The notes under the pieces were generated by a model. That model was not told the origin of the DNA, ran no database searches, and saw only the letters and a list, made by a program, of their open reading frames with translations. Both the position numbers and the translations under genes were made by a program. From Octopus sinensis (lineage: Eukaryota), in NCBI RefSeq assembly GCF_006345805.1, contig NC_042998.1:194680001-194744000 (forward strand): a DNA stretch of 64,000 bases. Direction: 5' to 3'. Shown here in pieces: positions 24,420 to 36,504 of the stretch; within the stretch, counting starts at the first letter, position 1; each line of letters opens with the position of its first letter.

Positions 24420-25704
24420 TACGCACAACAGATTAGACTGTTGGAAAAGAAAAAATCCTGACATTGGGCCAAGAACCCTCCTAAGTATCCTAGCTGTCCC
24501 CTAATAACACTGTTTTCTGGAGTTGTACTAAACTGGGTTTTATGCCTATTTCCTCTATCCATCTATTCAAATCTTTAGGGATAGTTCCCAATGCACCTAT
24601 AACCACTGAGATACATTTTACCCACACTTTCCATTGTCTCTGTAATTCAATGGCTAGGTCCTGGCATTTGACTATTTTTTATATACTTCTCATATTGATT
24701 TTTTTTTCATCATTTGGGACTGTAAAATCAATTATCTGGCACTTTCTATTTTTTTTATCTACTACTACTAAATCAGACCTTCTAGCTTCTATTACTCTGT
24801 CAGTCTTAATGTTAAAGTCCCACAACATCTTGTATTTCTTGCTTTCTAGTACTTTACTCAGTTCATCTTCACACCATTTATCAGTATGTTCAAATCCTAG
24901 CTTTCTACATCACTCCCAGTGGATTACTCTCCCTAGGTTGTCATTTCTTTTCTTGTATTCTTTCTGTGCCAACATGCTACATTCACTTACTATATGAATA
25001 ACATGAGTAACGCTTTCCTCTTTTGATTTGCATAACCTACATTGAGAATCTACTTGGTTTTTGTCCAGGACCAGATTTAGTTCAAGGGTATTGGTAAAAG
25101 AAAGTTAATAGTTTACATGGGAGGCTGAGGGAACAACTTTAGGATTGCCTTAATGGAATAATACCAGATTGGATGACTAGAGGGAGGACAATACTTGTTA
25201 TGAAAGCTAAGAGCAAGGGTAATGCAGCTAGCAACCATAGACCAATCACTTACTTACCACTAGTGGGGAAGCTTTTAATGGGAATGCTTTCAGAAAGCAT
25301 TTTCAGGAACCAGAATTTGCTGCCAGAAGAACAAAAAGTGCAGGAAGAATGCAAGAGGAACGAATGATCTATTATACAAAGACAAAGCAGTTCTAAATGA
25401 AGTAAAAGCTAGAAAGAAAAATCTAACAATAGCATGGATAGATTATAGGAAGGCCTATGACATGATCCCACAGTCATAGGTTATTCAAATCAAAAGAGGG
25501 AAGCATTACATATATAAGTGAATGTAGCATGTTGGCACAGAAAGAATACAAGAAAAGACATGACAACCTAGGAAGAGTAATCCACTGGGAGTGATGTAGA
25601 AAGCTTGGATTTGAACATACTGATAAATGGTATGAATATGAACCTAGTAAAGTACTAGAAAGTAAGAAATGCAAGATTTGCTGGACTTTAACATTCAGAC
25701 TGAC
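24420..25704. mobile_element. Rearranged R4/Dong-like LINE (minus-strand 3' part; plus-strand RT and endonuclease parts)
   Basis: HRPITYLPLVGKLLMG and AWIDYRKAYDMIPQS (RT); SECSMLAQKEYKKRHDNLGRVIHWE occurs in both orientations. Confidence 0.75.
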
Positions 25705-26149
25705 ATGTGGCTGTATATTCTGTGTTCAAAGCCATTTGAAGTTAACTCTCCAGAGTTGAGAAAAAAAAGTACCAGTTGAGTACTGAGATCAATGGTATGA
25801 GCAAACCACTTCCCTAAAAATTGCTGACATTGTACCTAAATCAGAAACATCATCATCATCATCAATTAGCGTCCGCTTTCCATGCTAGCATGGGTTGGAC
25901 GTTTCAACTGGAGTCTGTGAAGCCAGAAGGCTGCATTAGGCCCAGTCTGATCTGGCAGTGTTTCTACGGCTGGATGCCCTTCCTAACGCCAACCACTCCG
26001 TGAGTGTAGTGGGTGCTTTTTACGTGCCACCATTATTAGTATTATTATTTCATATTTCAAAGTTCTCCAGTCTTTTTAATTATTTCTGTGTTTGAAGTCA
26101 CACTAGTTGTAGTTAAGTAGTTGTTGTTAATTGCTTTCATTCCATGTGG

Positions 26150-26680
26150 AGCTAGGGCACCAACAAGAGATTGCCATCTGTCTTGATCTTAGGCAATGGT
26201 TTGCAGCTATTCTTCAGATTGTAGTTGCCTGCCTGTGCTTCAGTTTCTGCAGACATTCTCCACATTTTTTTTTTTGGTCTGTCACACTTGTCCCTTCTTT
26301 GGGTGTCCATCGGAGGGATTACTTTATAATATTGGAAACAGTTTCCATAGGGTGTGTCCCAGTCAAACCACATTTTCTCTACTTGATTTGGGCTTTGATA
26401 GGTTGCTGGTTCACCTTTTCCTGAGAAGGCATTTGATAATGTGGACAGGGTGACACTGGAAATTGCTTCAACATTTTGGTACCGCTGCCATCATACTTTG
26501 GGAGATTATTACTTTGGTCAGATTTGCTTATGATTGATTAACATGTCAACATGTACATAGTGAAACTTTAATGCAATTAATCTCTGTCCTGATGTGCGTT
26601 AGGTGGGTGAGACAAGGATGTCTGCTATATCCTTTTCTTTTGCTAATGACAATTGACTAAGTGATGAATGAAACAACCGA
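26150..26680 (-). mobile_element. Decayed RTE-type LINE fragments
   Basis: W.W.G.T.R...QRRDKCDRPKKKMWR-like C-terminal motif; VRQGCLL.PFLF RT motif on the plus strand near 26600-26650. Confidence 0.5.
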
Positions 26681-26779
26681 AGCACAAGATTAAACAGTAA
26701 CATCATTAATAATCATGGTTGTTTGCCTAGGACTGTTGACAATTCTCATTTGCAATGTTTTCTTCATATCTGAACATTA

Positions 26780-27213
26780 AAAAGAAAGAGAGAAAGAAAG
26801 AAAGGAAAAAAGAAAGAGAGAAAGAAAGAAAGAAAGAGAGAAAGAAAGAAAGAAAAAAGAAAGAGAGAAAGAAAGAAAGGAAAAAAGAAAGAGAGAAAGA
26901 AAAAAGAAAGAGAGAAAGAAAGAAAGAAAAAAGAAAGAGTGAAAGAAAGAAAGAAAGAGAGAAAGAAAGAAAGAAAAAAGAAAGAGTGAAAGAAAGAAAG
27001 AAAGAGAGAAAGAAAGAAAGAAAAAAAGAAAGAAAGAAAAAAAGAAAGAGAGAAAGAAAGAAAGGAAAAAAGAAAGAGAGAAAGAAAAAAGAAAGAGAGA
27101 AAGAAAGAAAGAAAGAGAGAAAGAAAGAAAAAAGAAAGAGTGAAAGAAAGAAAGAAAAAAGAAGAGAGAAAGAAAGAAAGGAAAAAAGAAAGAGAGAAAG
27201 AAAAAAGAAAGAG

Positions 27214-27263
<50 letters not shown>

Positions 27264-27295
27264 GAAAGAAAGAAAAGAAAAAAGAAAGAAAGGAT
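26780..27295 (+). repeat. (GAAA)n-type polypurine tract
   Basis: ~515 bp almost free of pyrimidines; source of the KKER/FFLS pseudo-ORFs. Confidence 0.95.
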
Positions 27296-27605
27296 GGTAG
27301 AAAGACATATTTTACTCTCAAGTTCTATTACAGTTGAATGAAGATCTGGGTTTAAGAGAAACAACAAATACTACAGACAGAAATGCAGCAAAGTGAATCC
27401 ATAGACCCAGTTTTCAGTGACATGATGGTACTACTACTACTATTGTATACTATTACAAACACTTAATTAGCAATATTTCAGGTAACACCCTGCTAACTTC
27501 AACTTTGTCATTTCTCTTATTCAACAAAGTACCTGTAATGTATTGTGGGAAATTACGCTGGTTGTATCCGCTTCTCTAGAAATTGATCTGTGTATTGTGT
27601 ATTTA

Positions 27606-28006
27606 GGCGCAGGAGTGGCTGTGTGGTAAGCAGCTTGTTTACCAACCACATGGTTCCGGGTTCAGTCCCACTGCGTGGCACCTTGGGCAAGTGTCTTCTA
27701 CTATAGCCTCGGGCCGACCAAAGCCTTGTGAGTGGATTTGGTAGACGGAAACTGAAAGAAGCCCGTCGTATATATGTACATATATATTTATGCGTGCGTG
27801 TGTTTGTGTGTCTGTGTTTGTCTCCCTAGCATTGCTTGACAACCGATGCTGGTGTGTTTATGTCCTCGTTACTTAGCGGTTCGGCAAAAGAGACCGATAG
27901 AATAAGTACTGGGCTTACAAAAGAATAAGTCCCAGGGTTGATTTGCTCGATTAAAAGGCGGTGCTACAGCATGGCCGCAGTCAAATGACTGAAACAAGTA
28001 AAAGAG
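27606..28006 (+). mobile_element. tRNA-derived SINE family B (CORE-like), full length
   Basis: A-box TGGCTGTGTGG, B-box-like GGTTCAGTCCC, CORE-like CCTTGGGCAAGTG, tail ...GACTGAAACAAGTAAAAGAG. Other copies at 42300-42547 and 42920-43560. Confidence 0.9.
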
Positions 28007-28405
28007 TCATGTATATTTTGTGTGTATGTGTTTTGGTGTGTAAATTTACGTGTGGTATCTGAGTATTTGCATGTGTTAAAAGTATTCATTCAGACTTGTC
28101 TGGTTCTCTTTCTGTTCGCATTTTCCACAAATAACTTAACCTACAAATGTTCAAGCTGGACATTGGCTGTATCACTGACATTACTCCTACCCACATCGCT
28201 CCTCTAACTAGCTCATAAAAAATAGTACGCCATGCATGTGTGCACATGTGTGTGTGTGTGTGTGTGTGCATATGTATGTGTCAGAGAGAGTATGACGGAA
28301 GGTGAGTAAGTTGTGTGAATGACTGAGCTGGTGAGTGTAAGCAAAAGCAAAAGGAAGCCAAAATGCTTTGTTGTCCCTGATCAAGCAAACTACTGGTGCA
28401 TAAGG

Positions 28406-28640
28406 AAGGCAGTGAGTTGGCAGAACCGTTAGCACTCCGGGTGAAATGCGTAGCTGTATTTCGTCTGCCGTTACGTTCTGAGTTCAAATTCTGCCAAGGT
28501 CGACTTTGCCTTTCATCCTTTCGGGGTTGATAAATTAAGTACCAGTTACGCACTGGGATCGATATAATCGACTCAGTCCCTTTGTCTGTCCTTGTTTGTC
28601 CCCTCTGTGTTTAGCCCCTTGTGGGTAGTAAAGAAATAGG
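28406..28640 (+). mobile_element. SINE family A
   Basis: Full head, core and tail; further copies at 33277-33505, 41604-41840, 62843-63078 (+) and 63305-63488 (-). Confidence 0.9.
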
Positions 28641-29084
28641 TATATAAGTGTTTCAATATATTGTGCATCACACTGCCCACAAACAATCCTACCTCCTAAA
28701 TAACAGCAGATCCTTTTGGGTCCTTGCCAAAAAATTACCACCAGCTTTTTAGAAACTGCTTTCCCTCCATTTCTGAACTGTAACAGTTTTGTGAGCAGTA
28801 TTCCAAAGAATAAACTCCACATTTACTGCCTGTCTTATATCCAGCTCTACACTGTACGCATTTAGTAAATCTTTAAAATATTCATTTGCGCTCCACCAGG
28901 CTCCCCACCGCACATAATATGAGTGCCAAGTGGGAAAGTACCCCCAGATGCTTCAAATCAATAAATCACCAGCCCAATATACTGCTCCAGTGGGTCTTGA
29001 TATGACATATCATGCTACTTACATCAAAAAATTAGACCTCGGTCTCTGTTGCAATTCTTTTCTACCATCACAATTTTGTGACAT

Positions 29085-29297
29085 GCTGTCATCCTTCAAA
29101 ACTTCCATGCTTTCTGAGATTCGCCAACACTACACCTGATTTTCTCCCCTCCATACACACGCAAGCATTATCTGACTCATACACTGTTCACTTCCCAGAC
29201 ATTTGTACTTTACTGCATATACTTTATACGCACTTTTGACAAGTTGTGGTGCACCTGAGCACTGTGTACAATAATTTCATTATTATTATTATTATTA
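29085..29297 (+). mobile_element. CR1/L2-type LINE 3' end with (ATT)n tail
   Basis: SFKTSMLSEIRQHYT* plus 3' UTR, homologous to 55895-56220 (-). Confidence 0.75.
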
Positions 29298-30835
29298 TCT
29301 TTTGCTGCTCAGGTCAGGTCAGTTGCTGAATCTTTTATAACCTTACCTCAATGGATGTTAAAATTTAAATAGGGCCTCAAAGTTTTCCATCTTGATTATT
29401 CTCAAGGCAATTCTCCATTTTCATCTCTCTTAATGAGAAGAAGAAGGAGGAGGTGTACATTCTGGGCTGTCTTATTAAAAGAATAACTTGGAAAAAATAC
29501 CCAGGAATGCCTACTGAATGAATGCTCAATAGTAAAGTGGGGACCAGCATACTTGAGAAGTCAAGAATAGTAAATATACTTACAAAAAGAAAGGCTTGGT
29601 AAAGAAGAAAAAATAGTAAAGAAAGCATAGAAAATGAGTTATTTTATGGACAGCTTTTGTGGCATAGAGAAGCTCGGTATTGTTGTCTGTGACCTAAAAA
29701 TGAGGCTGGATTAACTTCCTGATTAACATTTGTGTATATCAATTAAGAAAAGAAAATGTGAAATAAATAATAAATGAAATAAAAGAGAGTAAAAAAAATT
29801 AGATTGTTTTTTTTTTTTTAATCAAATGGTGGATTGATGAATGTGTTTGACGAATGTGACATTAAAGAGAAGATAAGTAATGACACAATTAGTAGGGAAC
29901 GAATGTATAATTAATCGGATGTTTTAATTCTCTCAAGCTGAAGTATGAATGTATGTATGTTTGTATAAATATGTATGTATGTATGTATGTATGTATGTGT
30001 GTGTATGTATGTGTGTGTGTGTGTATGTATGTGTGAGTGTATGTATGTATGTATGTATGTGTGTGTGTGTATGTATGTATGTATGTATGTATTAATGTAT
30101 GTATGTATGTATGTATGTATGTATTAATGTATGTATATATGTATGTGTGTATGTATGTATGTTAATACATGTGCATGCACACACACATGCATGTATGTAT
30201 GTATGCATATGCAAATACTTTCCTCAAACACATATATCTAATACACTTAAACATACATATACACTCTCTCTGACACATACATATGCACACACACACGTGC
30301 ACACATGCATGGCGTACTATTTTTTTATGAGCTGGTTAGAGGAGCGATGTGGGTGGGAGTAATGTCAGTGATATAGCCAATGTCCAGCTTGAACATACAC
30401 ACACATATATATATATACATATACACAGATTCCCACATACCCATTTAGATAAACATACACAGATGCTCACACACAACACACACACACACACTCACACACA
30501 CTATAAAAAAAAGAAATATGAGGACAACGTGACGCCATTTTACAAGTTATAGAATGTTTTCGAAGTGTCATAATAAAGTCTTTCTCCTTCTGTGATGTTA
30601 AAATATTCATAGACCCATTTAAATTTACTATGATTATCCTAAATGAAGACAAAACAAAGGATAAACAACAAGAAGACAAATCCCTCTTTTAGGCTTGTGC
30701 TAAAGTATGAGGTGGTGAACTAAGAGATTTTAATTCATTCAAATTAGACTCTTGGTAAAGAGTACAGCTAATTAGTCTAATGAGTAATTCTGGTTAAGAA
30801 ATGTTGGGGAGAGAATAATGAAATTTAAAATAACA

Positions 30836-31320
30836 AACACCATCCGAGCGTGGCCATGCCAGCCCCGCCTGGCCATGCCAGCCCCGCCTGGCCATGCCAG
30901 CCCCGCCTGGCCATGCCAGCCCCGCCTGGCCTCCGTACCGGTGGCACGTAAAAAACACCATCCGAGCGTGGCCGTTCGCCAGCCTCGTCTGGCACCTGTG
31001 TCCGTGGCACAAAAAAAAAACACCATCTGAGCATGGCCGTTCGTCAGCCTCGTCTGGCACCTGTGTCCGTGGCACAAAAAAAAACACCATCCGAGCGTGG
31101 CCGTTCACCCGCTTCGTCTGGCACCTGTATCGGTGGCACATAAAAAGCACCCACTACACTCATGGAGTGGTTGACGTTAGGAAGGGCATCCAGCTGTAGA
31201 AACACTGCCAGATCTGACTGGCCTGGTGCAGCCTTCGGGCTTCCCAGACCCCAGTTCAACCGTCCAACCCATGCTAGCATGGAAAGCGGACGCTAAACGA
31301 TGATGATGATGATGATGATG
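30836..31320 (+). mobile_element. Family C element with 5' tandem array of ~60-bp units and a nested 19-bp x4 repeat
   Basis: GTGGCAC.TAAAAA.CACCATCCGAGCGTGGCC units; (TGGCCATGCCAGCCCCGCC)x4 at 30851-30926; (GAT)n tail. Confidence 0.85.
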
Positions 31321-31614
31321 AAATTCATAAAAATTATTTGAATTAGAATATGAAGTTTGAGTTTTTTTTTTAATTTGATGATATTTGTGTTGATATTAAA
31401 GGACATTAATAATGCAAAAGAGATGGTTCTAACCAGAAGCTGATACAGGGTCATGGACAATAGTGTCCATTATACATGCTAAAAAAATAAAAATAAAAAC
31501 ATCCAGACTGCATGACGTGTGTGTGTATATGTGTTTCTGTGTGTGTGTGTGTGTGTGTGTGTTGGGTGTGTTGAGTAGTTTTTGTTATAGTGGTGTAGCA
31601 CCAGGCTAAACCTG

Positions 31615-31829
31615 TTTCTTTACTACCCACAAGGGGCTAAACACAGAGAGGACAAATGGATCAAGTCGATTATATCGACCCCAGTGCGTAACTGGTACTT
31701 AATTTATCGACCCCGAAAGGATGAAAGACAAAGTCAACCTCGGCAGAATTTGAACTCAGAACGTAGCAGCAGATGAAATACCGCTAAGCATTTCGCCCTG
31801 CATGCTAACGTTTCTGCCAGCTCGCCGCC
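31615..31829 (-). mobile_element. SINE family A with 18-bp TSD
   Basis: TSD AGCACCAGGCTAAACCTG at 31597-31614 and 31830-31847. Confidence 0.92.
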
Positions 31830-32016
31830 AGCACCAGGCTAAACCTGATGGAGCAAGCATATGATATGAAAGTAAATGGCTAAATGACAAGGTACAACTC
31901 ACACTTTTGTCTTCCTAGTTGTACCATGTCACTCTGTCTAGCTGGACTTGTTTCTGACCAGTCTCACATACGATGATGAACCACATGGTAATAATTATTC
32001 TTTCTACTGTCTAATC

Positions 32017-32235
32017 CAGTGGTTTTCAACCAGGGTTCCGCGGAACCTTAGGGTTCCGCCAGTACAGTCCAGGGGTTCTGCAAGAAGTTACAAAACTGCT
32101 AAAATCGGCAGTAATTTTTAATTCTCCTGTGCAGATATGTGTGCATAGAACTATTAAATTATTGCACAGGGGTTCCTCGAGCCAGTGGAGTGTTTCCTTC
32201 GGGTTCCGCTCCAGCAAAAAGTTTGAAAAGCACTG
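32017..32235. mobile_element. hAT (Charlie-like) MITE, 219 bp
   Basis: TIRs CAGTGGTTTTCAAC / TTTGAAAAGCACTG; perfect 8-bp TSD GTCTAATC at 32009-32016 and 32236-32243. Confidence 0.92.
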
Positions 32236-34606
32236 GTCTAATCTATTTCTGTATGCATTTAGATTTTGGTGGTGGCCACAGGGAAGATGGTTGGGTGTGA
32301 CAGTTGCTGTTCTTCAGTAGTTATTATTGATGGTGTACTTTCCAGGGCAATGTTTGGGATCACTGAAACCATTAATGTTGCAGAAAACAATGTTTTTAGG
32401 ATATTGTTTGCTCTGGTGTATGGTATATGGGCCTAGATAACTGGTGATGGGTTTTCATGTGGTGACCTCGCCTGGTCCCTGTGCTGGTGGCACGTAAAAA
32501 GCACCATCCGTTCGTGGTCGTTGCCAGCTTCGCCTGGCCCCCGTGCCGGTGGCACATAAAAAGCACCATCCGATCGTGGCCGTTTGCCAGCCTCGTCTGG
32601 CACCTGTGCCGGTGGCACGTAAAAAGCACCCACTACACTCATGGAGAGGTTGGCGTTAGGAAGGGCATCCAGCCGTAGAAACATTGCCAGATCAAACTGG
32701 GCCTGGTGCAGCCTTCTGGCTTCCCAGACCCCAGTTCAACCGTCCAACCCATGCTAGCATGGAAAGCGGACGTTAAATGATGATGATGATGATGATGATG
32801 ATGACAAAGACTGATATTGAATCTTGCTACAGCAACAAACTGTGCCCCTCACATGTTCAGGTGGCTTTTCATTTTTAGAATTTTTGTTTTGTTGTGTAGG
32901 TTTTCTGTGGGACTAGTTTGTGAATAACCTGTTGTGATGGCAGTGTGTTGTTTTATGCTTCTCATAGTTTATGGTCTTTGATTGTAGAGTGATTGAGATC
33001 CCAGGTAGAACTTGGCATTATGTATTGTTTGTACACTTTGGAAGTCTCTATGTGGTTACACAACTGGCCAGAAATTTCAACCAGATCTTCTTTAAATGCT
33101 ACCCTACTGTCTTGAAAAATGGTCAAAGAAACTGGGAACATGAATACTGAAAGTGTCAGTAAGAAGGAATGGTTATGGTTAGAATAGCAGTTTTGCTAGA
33201 ATAGGGATAAATTCTCAGCTTAAGAAATATTTAAGTAGTGTATGGAGGTGTGGAGTGGTGTGTGAAATAGTGTGTGCGGCGAACTGGCTGAAACATTAGC
33301 ACGCTGGGTGAAATGCTTAGCCGTATTTCGTCTGCCGTTATGTTCTGAGTTCAAATTCCGCTGAGGTCAACTTTGCCTTTCATCCTTTCGGGGTTGATGA
33401 ATTAACTACCAGTTATGCACTGGGGTCAATGTTATCGACTTAATCCATTTGTCTGTCCTTGTTTGTCCTCTCTGTGTTTAGCCCTTGTGGGTAGTAAAGA
33501 AATAAGTGTGTGCATGTGTGTTTGTGTGTGGTATGGAGTGGTGTGTAGAAGTGTGATAAGTGCTCTGAATATGTGGAGAGTGATATGTATACATAGTGGC
33601 ATATAGTGATGAGATGTGTAATGGTGCCATCTGAAGTGATGTAGTGGCATGGAATGGTATGGAAGTGTGAAGTGGTGGGGGATGAGTAGTCTGAATATGT
33701 GGAGTGGAGTTGTGTAAGATGTTGGACAGTCCCGATCAACAAAACCTATGACAGAAAGGATTCTTTGAATGACTTTCCAGATACAATCATCCTATCTCTT
33801 TCTATATTTAGGACAACATTGTCCAATACAGCCTTAGTTAGGGTTTGATTTGAGGGAAATTTGGTTTCTATTTATAGCAAGTCAAGCACCTGTATAGAAG
33901 CTGCACTGCTAGCTTGCAGTAGTCCTTTGGTAGTATGTGGAAGTGGGGTGAAGCATGATGTACTGTGTTGTGTATGTGTGCGTGTGTGTGTGTGTCTGTG
34001 TGTAGTGTGGGTGTGATGTTGTTGGGGGAGAAAAGGTAACAATATAAATAAAAGTATGAATCACTGAATGAACAAAAGGAAAAAAATAGATGTAAAAAAA
34101 ATATCACAAAATACATAAATAAATCTAAAAAGAAAGTTTAACATAACAAGATGAAGTAATGGAGAAACTGGTTCATAGAAAAATTGTTGAAGAATGAGAT
34201 ATATTCATTGATTTTTATCGATTTATTTTCTGATCAAAACTCCCTGCAGCAGATGTTTCAGATGTTAGCTTCATTAATGTCTGGGCTATTCAGCTTGACT
34301 CAGTCGAAATGAAAAGATATTCGTACAAGGTTGCATATGATGTACAAAAAACATGGGATGGTCATAGCTGGAACGTCTTTAATTATAGGTTGACTTCATC
34401 GAAGCTGACCTGGGTTAAACAACAACAACAACAACAACCAGAGAATAAAACAGTGATAAAATAGTGATGAATTGCTTAAGAGGTGAAGTACTGAAGGATA
34501 TCCTCAAAAACTTCTCTCTTGTTTGATATTTGCTTCCAAGTAACACATTGATAGCCCTAGTAAAGGGAGTGGTCCAACAGGTTCAGACAAGCCCCTAAGC
34601 AATATT

Positions 34607-35137
34607 GTGGCACGTAAAAAGCACCATCCAAACGTGGCCGATGCCAGTGCCGCCATGTCTGGCTTCTGTGCCGGTGGCATGTGACCTGTTGTGCTTGAGG
34701 AGACCTATTGAGTCAAGTACATCAACATCAAAATAAATATCAAATGGAAATTGTAGTTGTGATACCTGTGCCGGTGGCACGTAAAAAGCACCATCCGAAC
34801 GTGGCCGGTGCCAGCGCCGTCTTGACTGGCACCTGTGCCGGTGGCACGTAAAAAGCACCATCCGAACGTGGCCGGTGCCAGTGCTGCCTTGACTGGCACC
34901 TGTGCTGGTGGCACGTAAAAATCACTAACCGATCGTGGCCACTGCCAGCCTCCCCTGGCACCTGTGCTGGTGGCACATAAAAAGTACTCACTGAGTGGTT
35001 GGCGTTAGGAAGGGCATCCAGCTGTAGAAGCACTGCCAGATCAGACTGGAGCCTGGTGCAACCTCCTGGTTTCCCAGACCCCGGTCGAATCATCCAACCT
35101 GTGCTAGCATGGAAAACGGACGTTAAACGATGATGAT
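34607..35137 (+). mobile_element. Family C element with multiple ~60-bp internal units
   Basis: Repeated GTGCCGGTGGCACGTAAAAAGCACCATCCGAACGTGGCC, then the family C body and GAT tail; a similar copy lies at 32470-32803. Confidence 0.85.
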
Positions 35138-36504
35138 CTAATATCTATTATAAGTGTTTCTACAATTGCAGAGTTGATAGTGGGGATATGACCATCATCC
35201 TTGATATCATCATCATCATCATCATCATTGTCGTCACCACTGCTGCCATTGCCATCATCATCATCATCATTTCAACGTCTACTTTTCCATGCTTGCACGA
35301 GTCAGTATGCTGGGTTACAGTATTCTACAGCTGGATGCCCTTTCTGCTGTTAACCCCTATTTGTTTCCAAGTGAGGTAATAATCTCTCAATCTGTTGAAC
35401 AACCAACAGCCCAGACATGTTTACATGAGGAGCTGGAAACAAACAACATTGTATGGAAGAGCCTTTTGTTAACAAAGATTGTGCAATATGTCAAGAAAGC
35501 TGGATATTATTTCATAGTGGACGGCAAGTAAATGACACCACTGGTGAAGCCATTGTTTATATCTGATGTCTTCTATCTTTTACTTGTTTCTGTCATTTTG
35601 ATTGTGGACATTTCTTGAGGAATTTTAATTGAATGAATCAACCACAATACTATTTTTTTTTTTGAGCCTGATACTTATTCTGTCGGTCTCTTTTGCCAAA
35701 CTGCTAAGTTACGAGGATGTAAGCATACAAACACCAAATGTCAAGCAGTGGTGGGAGACAAACACAGATACAAACTCACACACACATGCATGCACTTGCA
35801 CATGTGCACACACACACATGCACTTGCACACACACACATACATGCAAGCACATGTACACACACACACACATACTTAGAGGGTAGACCCAGGAAGACGTGG
35901 AATGAAGTGGTGAGAAGGGATTGTCAGATGCTGGGCCTCACTGGGATGACAAAGGATCAGGACTTGTGACAATTTACTGTATTCGAGAAGACATGCCAAG
36001 CTAAGTAAAATTATGGCCATCCATACAGACAGGCATGTCCTTTATGGTCATGCCCCCACTCTCTCCGCCAATTGAGAGTTTTTGTCTTGTAAGTGCTGGT
36101 GCCACATACAATGCATTTGTGCCAGTAGCACATAGACTGCACCCATGCTAGTGGCACATAGAAAGCACCCAGTACACCCTGTAAGTGGTTGGTGTTAGGA
36201 ATTGCATCCAGCCATAGAAAGCATATCAAAACAGACAATTGGAGCCTGGACAGCTCCTGCCAAACTGCCCAACACATGCCAGTATGGAAAATGGACATTA
36301 AACGATGATGATGATGATGATGATGATGATATATATATATATGATGGGCTTCTTTCAGTTTCCCATCTGTCAAATTCACTTCTAACATAGCCTCAGGCCA
36401 ACCAAGGCGCCATTTTGTGGGACTGAATTTGCCACCATGTGGTCAGGAAGAAAACTTCTTATCACTCACTCTTGTAAAGGGCTTCTTTCAGTTTCTGTCA
36501 ACCA

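Noticed and set aside
26727-27367. Long KKER / FFLS ORFs
   Set aside because: Products of the (GAAA)n tract.
27606-27680. tRNA gene
   Set aside because: A/B boxes belong to SINE heads; no complete cloverleaf, and the sequence continues into SINE body.
34607-34985. CRISPR-like array (palindromic constant repeat plus linkers)
   Set aside because: Linkers are homologous to each other, the arrays are part of a dispersed eukaryotic retro-element, and there are no cas genes.
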